Shown here: positions 38,345 to 51,257 of the stretch, piece by piece | Position numbering within the stretch: position 1 is the stretch's first letter | How the letters are laid out: every line of letters begins with the position of its first letter | NCBI GenBank assembly: GCA_951406725.2 | Contig: OX597837.1 | Coordinates: forward strand, 48,050,001-48,114,000 | DNA: 64,000 nt | Reading direction: 5' to 3' | Source: Octopus vulgaris | Taxonomy: Eukaryota | The notes under the pieces: generated by a model | What the model was told of the DNA's origin: nothing | The model's database searches: none | The model's input: only the letters and a program-made list of their open reading frames with translations | Made by a program: the position numbers and the translations under genes

Positions 38345-40185
38345 TCATTTTTATGAATTTGAATGCTGTGATTATGAATCTGTGGTTGATGCGTCCTGGG
38401 ATCTCTTCTGGGTATTTTTCTAGCCAGAAGGTGATCACTTCTATACCATAATCGTGTGGGATATTGGTGTACAAATTCACCACATCGAATGATACTAACA
38501 GGGTTCCTTCATTTATTGTCTTCGGGAGGTGGTTCAACATGTCTAAGTCATCCCTGATGAAGCTTTTCACATATTTTAGAAGCGGTTTGAGTAAGATGTC
38601 GAGGAAGTTGCTCAAACGGTGGGCTTCACAAGAAGGGCCAGCAATGATGGGTCTCAGTTTGAGGTCAGTATGGGGAGGAACATTAATGCACAGGCTTGGA
38701 GAAACTTTGCAAGCTTTACAAATATGAAGATTTTTGTGTATTTTAGGTAATCCGTAGAATAAACTAGGTCTGTATTTAAAATTGGATAAATAGTCAATTT
38801 AATTTTTTATGAGGCCCTTTCCATGTATATGAAGTCAGGAGGGTAAGTTTTTAAGTGTCTTCTGTGGGTTGTATTGTACTATCTTCTCATAGTAAATATT
38901 ATTCTCCAACATGGAGAGTATTAACTTTTTGTAGTACTCTGTGTCCATCACCACTGCCGCACTTCCTTTGTCAGCTTCTTTAATGGTGAGGTTTATATCA
39001 TTTTTTAACTCGATTAGGTCTTTCCATTCATTTACATTAAGGCTGGATTTAATTCGTTGTTTTTGTTGGGTATTCAAAGGAAAATTGGTAATGTGTTCAC
39101 AGAAAGCATCAAATGCTTTATTTCTGCCTTTTAATAATAATAATAATAATAATAATTGTGTACAGTGCTCAGGTGCACTACAACTCATCTAAAGTGTATA
39201 TATAATCAGGTGTAGTTTCGGCGGATTTCGGAAAGCATGAGGGCCTTAAAGGATGCAGTGTCATGGCAGTCAACAACTGACGCAGGCAGTTTATTCCATG
39301 CTTCAGCAACTCTGAGCGTGAAAAAATGTTTCCGAAAGTCATGGGAGCTGTGTTGTTTTCTGACTTTGTAGGCATGTCCATGTGTGTTAGACACATGGAG
39401 ATCAAAAAGGTGTTCAGTGTTGTTGTTGGTGAGGTGGTTGATAACCTTGTGGGTGTTTACCAAGTCCGTCGCCAGACGCCGGAGCTTCAGTGAATCCATG
39501 CCCAGGGAAACAAGGCGCTCAGAATATGGTAGGTGTCTGATGGAGGGTATGCGTTTGGTTGCACGTCTCTGGACAGATTCAGATTTTGTAGGACAGTATT
39601 CGCTTTTGTTTTTTACTACTGAGTCATCTTCGCTGGTGTAGTTGTGAAGTGCTTCTGTGAGGCGTAATTTTCGGCAGAAATCCATAGTGTTATCCTTAAT
39701 TTCATTCAGGTTCGATCTGCGAGGGGTTGGACTAAACTTTAAACCTCTTGCTAGAATTTTAGTTTGTGTAAGACTTAGGATAATCGTTGATAAGTTGATT
39801 ATTTTTGGTTGTTCTTGTACACTTTGTTCCATTTCACATCTGTGTTTCTCTGATTTAGGTCTAAAAAATGGTTGCAGTTGGTAGATTGTTGTGGTAAGTC
39901 TGTGTTGTGTTTGGTTTGCTGAGGAGAAAATGGGTGTAAAGTGTGGCTGTGGTAGTATGTTTGTGGTGGAGTGACTGCGTAGCGGATGGGATTATGGTTG
40001 TACTGAGGGTTGTTATATTGTCTCTGGTTGATGCAGTTTGGGTTAAATTTATTTTTAATATTGCAATGTGGGTGGAGAGGGAAGTTATGTTGTCTAGTTG
40101 GGTTGTGTTTAGTTGAATGATTGAAGTAACCATGTTGAAGGTTAAGTCTCGGAGGTAAAGTTTTCCATTGATTGTGAGATGATGC

Positions 40186-40188
<3 letters not shown>
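38345..40188 (-). mobile_element. Second Penelope-like element (Neptune/Poseidon-like RT, N-terminal half), decayed and interrupted
   Basis: Fragments IINLS..LARGLKFSPTP..DFCRKLRL (39583-39832), IKEADKGSAAVVMD (38835-39130), a region near 38630-38760 encoding FYGLPKIHK and RPIIAGP, and LVSFDVVNLYTNIP (38345-38615). It ends before the catalytic DD motif. Confidence 0.85.
39132..39583 (-). mobile_element. CR1/Jockey-group LINE 3' fragment inserted in the Penelope-like element
   Basis: ESVQRRATK..LPYSERL..L..LRR..HGHAYK..FFTLRVAEAWNKLP is the CR1-type ORF2 C-terminus. A short 3' UTR and a (TTA)n tail follow at 39132-39156. Confidence 0.85.
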
Positions 40189-40225
<37 letters not shown>

Positions 40226-40227
<2 letters not shown>

Positions 40228-40415
40228 TCTATGCCAGTGTCATGTAAAAAGCATCCACTACACTCTCGGAGTGGTTGGCGTTAGGAAGGGCATCCAGCTG
40301 TAGAAATACTGCCAGATCAGACTGGAGCCTGGTGCACCCTCCTGGTTTCCCAGACCCCAGTCGAACCGTCCAACCCGTGCTAGCACAGAAAACAGACATT
40401 AAACAATGATGATGA

Positions 40416-40418
<3 letters not shown>
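40226..40418 (+). mobile_element. Short RTE 3'-end copy
   Basis: GGTTGGCGTTAGGAAGGGCATCCAGCTGTAG...(ATG)n is the reverse complement of 42530-42710. Other copies lie at about 47232-47560(-), 41900-42110(-), 45790-45900(-) and 46570-46665(+). Confidence 0.78.
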
Positions 40419-40463
<45 letters not shown>

Positions 40464-40535
40464 GTATATATAATTGTGTATATATATATATATATAATGT
40501 GTGTATATATATATATATATAAATGTATATATAAA

Positions 40536-40574
<39 letters not shown>

Positions 40575-40644
40575 GTATATATATATATACACACATACAT
40601 ACATAGATTTATATGTATATATATGTATACATATATATACATAC

Positions 40645-40719
<75 letters not shown>

Positions 40720-40772
40720 TATATATACACTTATATGTGTGTGTGTCTGTGTATACATATATATACACACAC

Positions 40773-40827
<55 letters not shown>

Positions 40828-41761
40828 CTCCAGCTGGCATTTACTTTTGTTGCCATGATCTGTTTTCATTCCATTTTCACCTCACTTCTTCAAACCATAA
40901 CATTTTTCTTTCCCAGTTCTCATGTCTGTGACTCCCTAATCCTCCCACATTATCCACCTATATCTCATGTATTCCCTATTTTTGACCCTTAATTTCCCCT
41001 CCCCCACCGTCTTTACTTGCCCTCGCCCCCTGTTTAACTCCTTCTGTCTCCCACCCCATCTCACCTCACCCTGTTACATGCTCCTTCTTCACCTGGCCCC
41101 CTCCTCTTCTTCACCTGCCTCACTTGTGCCACAAAGGTTTCGGAAATATTCACAGCCCCACCCTAACCTTGCCTCCTGCACACCAGCAAAAACTCAGAGT
41201 TGAAATTCTTGATTCCACCATTGCTGCTGCTGCTGCTGCTGCTACTACTTTACTAGACAAAGTCCCCCACAATTCACATCCATTTCATCATTAAGCAAAT
41301 ACATGGAGTTCAGATGAATAATCAGCAGAGTGAGAAAGGAAGATGGATAAGCATTGTGTGTGTGTGTGTGTGTATGGAGAGAAAGAGAGATGTACATATG
41401 ACTGTATATATTTATCTATGTACATATATATGTGTGTGTGTGTGTGTGTGTGTATGTATATACATATGTGTATATACATATGTATATATATGTAAGTATA
41501 TATAAATTTATAAACATAAATACAAATGTATATACATATATATATCATAGATAGACAGATACATACATACACAGGTGGACAGACAGACAGATAAATAGAT
41601 TATATCATCATCACCATCGTTGTTTAGAGCTGGATGCCCTTCCTGTCAGCATCCTCATCTATTTCCAAGCAAGATAACACTTCCCGTCAACTGGAAGATT
41701 TCAAATGGATACTTTGGTATAATCTGGTGGCGCTCATTTATGAACATTGATTCATGTTGAG

Positions 41762-41792
<31 letters not shown>

Positions 41793-42529
41793 CAAGGCCT
41801 ATGGTGGAAGATACTTCCCCTACATGTTGCACTGTGGAACTAAACTCAAAACTCCATAGTTGGGAAATTAATTTCTCACCCACAATTCCAGAAATGAATT
41901 CATCATCATCATCATCATCTTTAACGTCTGTCTTCCATGCTGGCATGGGTGGAATGGTTTGACAGGCTCCATTCGGCCCACAGACTGCATCATCCTCCCA
42001 TGTTTATTTATGCGTGGTTTCTATGCCTGGATGCCCTTCCGAATGCCAACCCCTTTACAGAGTGGGCTTGGTGGCTTTTTCAAGCCATCTACACTATTGA
42101 GGTTACCATGCGACTCACAGAACTACAAATCCTGGAGAGGAGAGTCAGCTTGGGGAGCAAGGAATAGAACTATGGAGATTGGGTATGGAGGGGGCAGGGT
42201 AGCAGTGCAGGTTCTTGTAGATCTGAAGGGCTATTCATATCTAATAGGGACAAGGGAGAGAAAATGAACAGTCAGAGCTGCAGGAGATAGATAATGATGA
42301 TTAGGTACCTAAGTGACCCCACAAGGCACAAGGTAAGATGAAAGAAATGGTTTGCAAAATTGTATGGAAAGGAAAATGAGGAAATGGGTGTGCAAACTGT
42401 CAAAATGGGTAGGGATGACGGGTGGATGGGCAAGAGGCCATACGTTACGGGAGGCAAGGGATGCAAAAGAGAGTGGGGTATGTATGTGCTTATGTATGTT
42501 TATATATATATATAACAAAATAATAATCA

Positions 42530-44103
42530 TCATCATTTAACGTCCGTTCTCCATGCTAGCATGGGTTGGATGGTTCGACCGGAGTCTGGTAAGCCATGGA
42601 GGCTGCACCAGGCTCTAGTCTGATTTGGTAGTGTTTCTACAGCTGGATGCCCTTCCTAACGCCAACCATACCAAGAGTGTAGTGGGTGTTTTTTACGTGC
42701 CACCGGCACAGGAGCCAGAGCAGGCTGGCAAATGGCCATGATCACTTGGTGCTTTTACGTGTCACTGACACAGATGCCAGTCAGGCGATGCTAGTATCTG
42801 CCACGTTTGGACGGTGCTTTTTACGTGTCACTGGCACGGGTGTCTTAACTACAATTTCCATTTTAATTTTTATTTTGATGTTGACACTGACGTACTTGAC
42901 TCAACAGGTCTCCTCAAGAACAGCGGATCACTCTACAATCCAAGGTTAGCACAGCGGGCCGTCCTGCGAGCCATGAACTCACTTCATTTGTCAGGTCTTT
43001 GCAGTCACAGCATATCTCCAGAGGTCTCGGTCTTTCGTCATAGCCTCTGTGAGGCTCAAAGTACGAAGGTCATGCTTGACCACCTCGTCCCATGTCTTCC
43101 TGGGTCTACCTCTACCCCGGGTTCCTTCTACAGTTTGGGAGTGGCACTTCTTCACACATCTCTCCTCATCCATCCTTAGTACATGACCATACCAATGCAA
43201 TCGTCTCTCCTGCATGCTGCATCCAATGCTTCTTATGCCCAACATTTCTCTCAGGATGCTTACACTCTGTCGTGCATGGACACTGACATTACACATTCAG
43301 CGGATCATGCTAGCTTCATTTCTTTCAAGCCTACGCATGTCCTTCGCAGTCACAGCCCACGTTTCACTGCCATGAAGCATGGCAGTTCGCACACATGCTT
43401 TGTACAATCTACCTTTTACTCTGAGCGAGAGACCCTTTGTCGCCAGTAGGGGGAGAAGCTTCCTAAACTTTGCCCAAGCTATTCTTATTCTAGTAGTAAC
43501 GCTCTCTGAGCATCCACCCCTGCTACTAACTTGGTCACAAATGTAGCAGAAACTATCAACTACTTCTAGTTTCTCCCCAAGGAGTGTAATGGAATCTGTT
43601 TTCTGAGTATCTATGGTGTCTATTGCCCCTGTGCATCTGTCACACACGAAAGCTATCTTCTCGGTTAATTTTCCTTTGATATTGCTGCACCTCTTATGTG
43701 TCCATCTTATGGAGTTTCTACTTACACCTTTTCTACAGATCGAGCAAGGCCACCTACCTGAAGGGGTGTGTGGTGAGTTTGCCTTCCTACTTACTAGAAC
43801 TTTGGTCTTTGCTACATTGACTCTAAGGCCTTTTGATTCTAAACCTAGCTTCCACACACGAAATTTCTTCTCTAGTTCCAGTAGCGATTCTGCTACAAGG
43901 GCCAGGTCATCAGCATAGAGGAGCTCCCAGGGACAACCTGTTTTAAATTCCTCTGTAATTGTCTGGAGGACTATGATGAATAGAAGGGGGCTGAGGGCTG
44001 AGCCTTGGTGGACGCCAACTTCTACCCTGAATTCTTCACTGTACTCATTGCCAATCCTAACCTTACTACTAGCCTCTCTGTAGAGGGCTTGTACAGCCCT
44101 TAT
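42530..44103 (-). mobile_element. 5'-truncated RTE-clade LINE (RT domain, C-terminus, 3' UTR, (ATG)n tail)
   Basis: GVHQGSALSPLLF, LLYADDL, LRVNVAKTKVL, RIRIAWAKF, RRLHWYGHVLR, GRGRPRKTW. There is an in-frame TGA at 43297-43299. Confidence 0.92.
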
Positions 44104-44334
44104 GCATATATACATACATATATGTACATACCTACATATATATGTATATATACATGCATATATGGGCACAGGTCACCAAAAAGACATTGAACACAATGAG
44201 AAACGAAAACATAAAAACAAAAACATGGAAACGGACATACAACACAAAGAACATTCCCCTTCAGTTATCCCTGTTTCGGCTACTCTGTGTTTATTGGATA
44301 TGGAAGCTAAAGAACTCTTCACATGGTCAGAGAT

Positions 44335-45205
44335 TTAGGACTACAGACGTCGGACATAGAAGGTAGTTGGAAATTCCTACGGGACAGCTTGCTGAGTGCC
44401 ACAGACCAAGTCTGCGGATGGTGCAAAGTTCCTTCCAGAACTAGAGTTACGTGGTGGTGGAATAGTACGGTAGACAAAGCTATTAAAACAAAGAAACAGG
44501 CCTGGAAAACCTGGAAGGATTGGGGTAGCAGGGAACTGTACCAGGTAGCCAAAAGGGAGGCTGGGTGGCAGGTATACATAGCCCAGGGCAAAGCGGAAAA
44601 GAAGTTTGCTAATGTCCAGCGACGTGAGGACCAAAGAACTGAGGCATTTCAGATTGTAAGACAGTGTGTGAGAGAAAATCATGATGTCATAGGAGAGAAA
44701 TGTGTCCACATGGATGATGGTGCACTTGCTTTTAATGATTCTGAAAAGAAAGACTTGAAGAAGCCATTATGAAAGACTGCTGAATGTGGAGAATGAATGG
44801 GAGGAGGAGAGCCTGCCAGATGTTGACCCAGTAGAGGGACCAGCTATCTGAATGGACAGCTCCATGATAGATAAAGCAATTTAGGATATGAAGCCAGGAA
44901 AATCCCCCAACCCATCAGGAATCACTGCTGAGATGCTTAAAATAAACACCACAGATGCTCAGAAAACAGTTTCCGTCATACTGCAGGCGGAGAAAATAGA
45001 AGTAGTTGATAGCTTCCGCTACCAAGGTGACCAAGTTAGTAGTGGGGGTGGATGCTCTGAGAGTGTTACCACTAGAATAAGAATAGCCTGGGCAAAGTTT
45101 AGAAAGCTTCTACCCCTGCTGGTAACAAAGGGCCTCTCGCTCAGAGTGAAAGGTAGATTGTACGATGCAGATGTGCGAACTGCCATGCTTCACGACAGTA
45201 AAACA
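44335..45205 (+). mobile_element. RTE-clade LINE fragment, opposite orientation, internally deleted
   Basis: Linker region (TWWWNSTVDKAIKTKKQAWKTW; MKPGKSPNPSGITAEMLK) is fused directly to the post-RT region (EVVDSFRY..RIRIAWAKFRKLLPLL). Confidence 0.88.
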
Positions 45206-45574
45206 GTCAATACAATAAGATGCCTGTTGTTATGTCCTGTTATTATTATTTATTTTTATTGTATTTTTGTATTTATATTCGTGTAACATCGTCTGTTTTC
45301 CCGTTCTTGTTTTCGTATACATTCGATGCTTTTTTCCAAGGAATTTAATGCTCTTAGCTTATTTTTTCCTTGGGGCTGGCCGGATTGGAGCAATCTCAAG
45401 ATCAATCAGCCAAAATTGCAAAGATGATCCAGTTGTTGACTGAGGATAAAAGGCTTCGAATGACCCGTCCGTGTTTTTTTTTGTATCGTCTATCTGGATG
45501 CTTTGTTGTCCCTTTTTGTATCACCAAATTGTCCGGATGTTTTGCGCTCTTGTCCCATTTTGTATTTTATTTTA

Positions 45575-45620
<46 letters not shown>

Positions 45621-46742
45621 GGTGCAGGAGTGGCTGTGTCGTAAGAATCTTGGTACCAAGCTCAGTCTCACTGTGTGGCACCTTGGGCAAATGTTTTCTA
45701 CTATAGGGTCGGGCTGGCCAAACTCTTGATAGACGGAAAACTGGAAGAAGCCCGCCATGTGTGTGTGTGTGCATATGTGAGCATTCCTTCATCATCATCC
45801 TCTTTAGCATCATTTGATGTCCAATTTTCCATTTTTGTATGAATCAGACAGAATTTGTTGACGCAGACTTTCCATGGCTGGATGCCCTTCCTGTTGCCAA
45901 TGCTTACCCATTTTCAAGCAAAACTATGATTTTCCCATGGCCAGACGTTTTCCACAAAAGACCTTGAACAAATAACATTGCTTGAATGGTGGTGATGCCT
46001 TGGTATGTGTTCCAGGCCTTTTTCTTCTGAGTTCAAATCCCACCATGGCCTACCTGGATGGCACACTTGTAATCTAGTTTAACACTGCCAACTGACACTC
46101 TGGGTATCTTTAGTAGGGTCCATTCTGTTGTAAGCATTGAGGCCAGGTTCACCTCCCCCCCCCCACATACATCACCACACTTGAAGGCCCTGAAGATCAT
46201 CATAGGACTCATCATCATCAGCATCTCCTTTTCCTTGTTTGCATGGGACAGAATGAATTCCTTGAGGCAGATTTTCTACAACTGGGTGCCCCTCCTGTCA
46301 CCAACCTTCACCTCTTTCCAAAAAAGGTCATATTCCTCCATGGCCAGACATGTTTCTCATGCAAGATTGGAAATGAAGGCCACCACATGTATGACAATGG
46401 CACTCTCTCACAACTATCATTTGCTGTCAAGGCAAGGCTATGCCCTAACTCAAACACATACATACACACATACATACATGTACATACATACATGCATACA
46501 TACACACACACACATACATACATGCATACACACACACGCGCGCACATGCATGCACCAAAACTGACATGAAGCCTCAGCTGCCCTTTGGCCAGTCAACTCC
46601 TGTCAAACTGTCCAACCCATGCCACCATAAAAAACGGATGTTAAATGATGATGATGATGATGATGGTATGTATATTGGAGGAACTCATGAGGAGTCAACA
46701 GCCATCCAACAAATATGTGTAAATATGTACATATGTTTTTTG

Positions 46743-46794
<52 letters not shown>

Positions 46795-47599
46795 ATTTAT
46801 AAACAAAGGCAAAAGAAAAAATTCCTAATGCCAAATATGCTGAAACTAGACACATCATCCATAACCATATAATTCATCACTACAAGCACGTGTCTCGAAG
46901 AAAGCCGACAGAAATTTCTAAAAATTTCGTTATTATCAGACCCAATTTCAGAGTTAATTCATAAGAACCGTCTCTTCGTCAGTGATAAATGCAGCAAAGA
47001 AATAAATGAAATACTTCCTTATACCCATGGAAGAAGCAAATACTAAGTCATGAGCACAATTAAGTACCCCAAATATATCCAAAATAGGGATTCTCCAGCC
47101 CATTTAAAGGTGTTTTTTAATATGCTGGCCCTTGATAAAATTTTTTTCAAAAAATTTTATCCTATATTAGATGTATATATATATATATTCTTATATGTAT
47201 ATATATATGCGTATTTTTACTTTTATATATATTCATCGTCATCATCATCGTCGTTTAGCGTCCACTTTCCATGTGTTTGACGGTGCAACTGGGGTCTGGG
47301 AAGCCAGAAAGCTGCACCAGGCCCAGTCTGATCTGGCAATGTTTCTACAGCTGGATGCCCTTCCTAACACCAACCACTCCATGAGTGTAGTGGGTGCTTT
47401 TTACGTGCCACCAGCACAGGTGCCAGACGAGGCTGGCAAACAGCCACGAGCAGATGTTGCTTTTTACGTGCCACCGGCACGGAAGCCAGTCGGGGCGGCG
47501 CTGGCGACGGCCACGTTCGGATGGTTCTCTTATGTGCCACCAGCACTGGTATCACAGCTACAATATATATATATGTATATATACATATATATATATATG

Positions 47600-47663
<64 letters not shown>

Positions 47664-47769
47664 AATCTCATTTCTATATTTAAATCATGTCTTCCCTTTT
47701 TTTTTTTCTTCATGTATGAATGAGCTGCTTTTTGTTGAACACCAGAATGATATTTGATCCCTTTATAGA

Positions 47770-48790
47770 CCATCTGGGTGTCAGTTTGGTGTCTGGAATG
47801 GGAGAGCTTACCTGATGGGCAGGCAGAAGCCCGTTAACCTTGGTTGGTAATCTACCTAGGAGAAGGAAATCTCCATAATAAAAGCTGAGGCCTTGGAAGT
47901 TCTTGGTTTTGTCACACTGGCGAAAGTTTTCTTGGGCCAATAGGTGGGAGGTAGTGCAGTGCAAGCTACACCCACTGAAAATTATTCATCTGCACAGGTT
48001 CTTCCTGTACACCAAATCTTCGTAAAATCATTGAATTGGTTGGTTGGCAGAAAACCTAAAAATGCACTTGAAACTCTAAAATGTCTCAAACAGATTCCGT
48101 AAATGGCAAAAAAGGTTTGGGAATGTCAGGGGAACATGTCTGGCTTGGCAGGTGTCTCATTGTGTCACAGACTGGACCCGGTCATCATCCTGCCACTGTG
48201 GTCTAACAATCTTCAAGAAAAAGTAAAAATAAACATCCTTTGAATTTTGGTTGTTGGAATCTGCGCACACTTCTTGATAATTTCAACAAGAGGCCAGAAA
48301 GGCAAACTGCACTTATTGCATGTGAGCTCAAGAAATATTCCCTTGAATATTGCACTCTCTGAAACTCATCTCTCTGGCGAGGGTCATGTAAATGAACCTA
48401 CTTATGGATATACTATCTTTTGCAGAGGCCTACCTGAGGGTCAGCGTAGAGAATCTGGTGTTGGGTTTGCTCTCAAGAATACATTAGTATCCTTCATTGC
48501 AGTGCTTCCAAGTGGTATATCTGAATGGATCATGTCATGCCGTATTAAACTGACAAAAGGTAGGTTTCTTACCATTGTTAGTATTTATGCACCAACAATG
48601 TCCCATTCTGATGAAACTGTAGGACAGATTTTTGACTATCTAGCACAATTATTGAGGAAAGTACCAATTTCTGACAAGCTGGTCGTATTGGGAGATTTCA
48701 ATTCTCAAGTTGGAAAAGACTGTTTCGGGACCTGTTTTAGGTCGACATGGGATTGGAAAATGCAATAAAAATGGAGTAGCTCTTTTGCTG
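47770..48790 (+). mobile_element. 5' part of an RTE/BovB-like LINE: 5' UTR plus APE endonuclease, frameshifted
   Basis: Motifs WNLRTL (about 48255), ALSET, SGVGF, SIYAPT and LGDFNSQVG. A 5' UTR motif CCTTGG..CTAGGAGAAGGAAA lies at about 47838-47870. Confidence 0.85.
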
Positions 48791-48945
48791 TCCTCCTTAA
48801 CAATTACATATCCGCTGCATCGGAAATCGGTAATGGCTCCATACTTATCGTCTCAGCTATAGCCTCAGAGCCCCAGTAATCTGTTACAGCACTTACCTAG
48901 CGTACCTAATCATTTAGATCACCTGTAAACTAAACCTCCATACTT

Positions 48946-49023
<78 letters not shown>

Positions 49024-50349
49024 CACACATATACACAAACTGAGCATCACATTGTTGCTGCATAATTTTCACACTGCAATGCCTTGGCAGCCTTTCGGAA
49101 TAGCACACCTTCAGAAGTTGGATTTTTTCCATTTTGGCAGAGACTTTCCAAATTTTTCTTTTACCACTACACCCTTACAAATGAAAATATTTTTGAAAAT
49201 TTATGAATGATAACATATCCACCCTCTCGCTTCCAGACCGATTTTGTCCAGCTTTTTTTCTCTTTGCACTGTAAACTTAAAAACAATGGGGGACATCTAT
49301 TTAGTAAAAAAAAAATTGAAAATTTATGAATTCTTCAACCCCCTCACCTTACTGATTTTGACCAATTCTTTTTTCGTTTGCACTGCAAACTTAAAAACAA
49401 TGGGAGAAACCATGAAGGTTAAAAAGAATTTGGGTGTGAAATCAACGATAATTATTATAATTCTCACTTCCTTTATTTCCAAACAGAAAATGAAGCATAA
49501 TTTAAAAACAACAGTGAAATCTTAAAAAAGTTTCTCCTTAATCCTCCCCTCCATAAATCCTAAAATTAGATACATTTTATGGAATGATGATGCTGTGGTC
49601 CATTGATGGGATTTAAGCAACAACAAAAAATTTTGTAATTCAAATGTTTAACACCCACCCTGCGTTAACTGGGTACGTGTGTGTGTGTGTAAGAAAAAAC
49701 ATTTACTAACAGAATAGCATGCTATTAAAAATTTTACATACTCTTTTTAAATCACTGTCACCCTAATGAAATTCCTTACACATATGATGATGTGGTAGTC
49801 CAATGTTTAGATTTAAGCTGCTACAAAGAAATTTGTAATTTAAATTTCTAACCCCACCTCGCATCACGTGAGTCTGTGTGTGTAAGAATAACCATTAACT
49901 AAGAGAAAAGTAGGCTATTAAAATATATTGTCTTTTACATACCTTTTTTAAATCACCGCCACCCTAATGAAAATCCTTACACCCGCACACACAGCGTAAG
50001 CAAAAGCGAGTGTGGGTAAAATGTATAGAGAGGGGGAAAATCGAAAAATGAAAGAGATAATCTTTTCAGTTGCCGTTACAGATTTTGAAATTTTAAAATG
50101 AAGTGAAACTTTTCAAATTTTGTATATTGGTGTATTATTTCATGCTGAATCTGAGGTTGTGATTCATTTAGTCTAGAAAAAAATTTAGAAATATGTTACA
50201 GAGATATAAAGTTTGGTCATTTTCACCCAATCAGAAAACAGGAATATATTCATAAAAGCTGTTTATCGTAAAATGAAAGTAAACCTTAGAAGACGAAATT
50301 TCAAACAAAACAAAAACAATGCATGAGAAATAATACATATAAAGAGAGA

Positions 50350-50559
50350 TAAGGCGGCAGAATGGTTAGCACGAAGGACGAAATGCTTAGCGGTATTTCG
50401 TCTGCCGTTACGTTGTGAGTTCAAATTGCGCCGAGGTCGACTTTGCCTTTCATCCTTTCGGGGTCGATAAATTAAGTACCAGTTACGCACTGGGGATCGA
50501 TATAATCGACTTAATCCCTTTGTCTGTCCTTGTTCGTCCTCTCTGTGTTTAGCCCCTTT
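50350..50559 (+). mobile_element. tRNA-derived SINE (same family) with about 24-bp flanking direct repeat
   Basis: Same head and body. AGAAAT(A/G)ATACATATAAAGAGAGA at 50326-50349 and 50560-50583. A more decayed copy follows at about 50698-50895. Confidence 0.88.
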
Positions 50560-50926
50560 AGAAATGATACATATAAAGAGAGAGACAGAGAGACAGTGAG
50601 TGAGTGATAAATTGTGGTAAATATATAAAGAGAAATAGATTAATGTTGACAAATGAAGGAAAGCTGTCGATCTCGAAACAAATGTTTTTATATTTCTAGC
50701 AGAATCGTTATCAAGCTCTGAATAATACACAGCGGCATTTCGTCCGTTTTTACGTTCTGAGTTCAAATTCCACTGAGGTTGACTTTGCCGTTCATCGTTT
50801 TGGGGTCGATAAAATAAGTACCAGTCATATACTGGGGTCAATAAAATGACTTACCCATCTCCCGAACTTGCTGGCCTTGTGCTAAATCTTGAAATCATTA
50901 TTTATAGGCGACTTTCTCTTTTGGAC

Positions 50927-51076
50927 GCGAGTACGTATAGAAGTCGCCAACATGCTAGAAAAAGACGCCAATGTCTAAAATCTACCTTAAGATATCACCA
51001 TGAAGTATCATGGTAATATCTTTTTTCGACATTGGCGTCTTTTTCTAGCTTGTTGGCGACTTGTATATGTGCTCGC
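50927..51076. repeat. About 150-bp imperfect hairpin
   Basis: AAGTCGCCAACATGCTAGAAAAAGACGCCAATGTC pairs with GACATTGGCGTCTTTTTCTAGCTTGTTGGCGACTT. Inner stem GATATCACCATGA/TCATGGTAATATC. Confidence 0.9.
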
Positions 51077-51177
51077 TTGCCCTTGATATACATGGATGAA
51101 TTAATTAATTTAACCTTAACCGGTTGAATTCATGCTAACTACCGGATAAAATCGAATATAGATTTTATCCTTAATTT

Positions 51178-51225
<48 letters not shown>

Positions 51226-51226
51226 G

Positions 51227-51254
<28 letters not shown>

Positions 51255-51257
<3 letters not shown>

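Noticed and set aside
43297-43299. In-frame UGA at a Trp position of the RTE ORF that A-to-I editing could rescue
   Set aside because: The copy is 5'-truncated and has a separate small deletion near RNSIR-WTHKRC, so a plain TGG-to-TGA mutation is more parsimonious.
44245-44295. Hammerhead-like fragments (GAAAC..CTGAAGGGG) on the minus strand
   Set aside because: The core is incomplete and there are no consistent stems.
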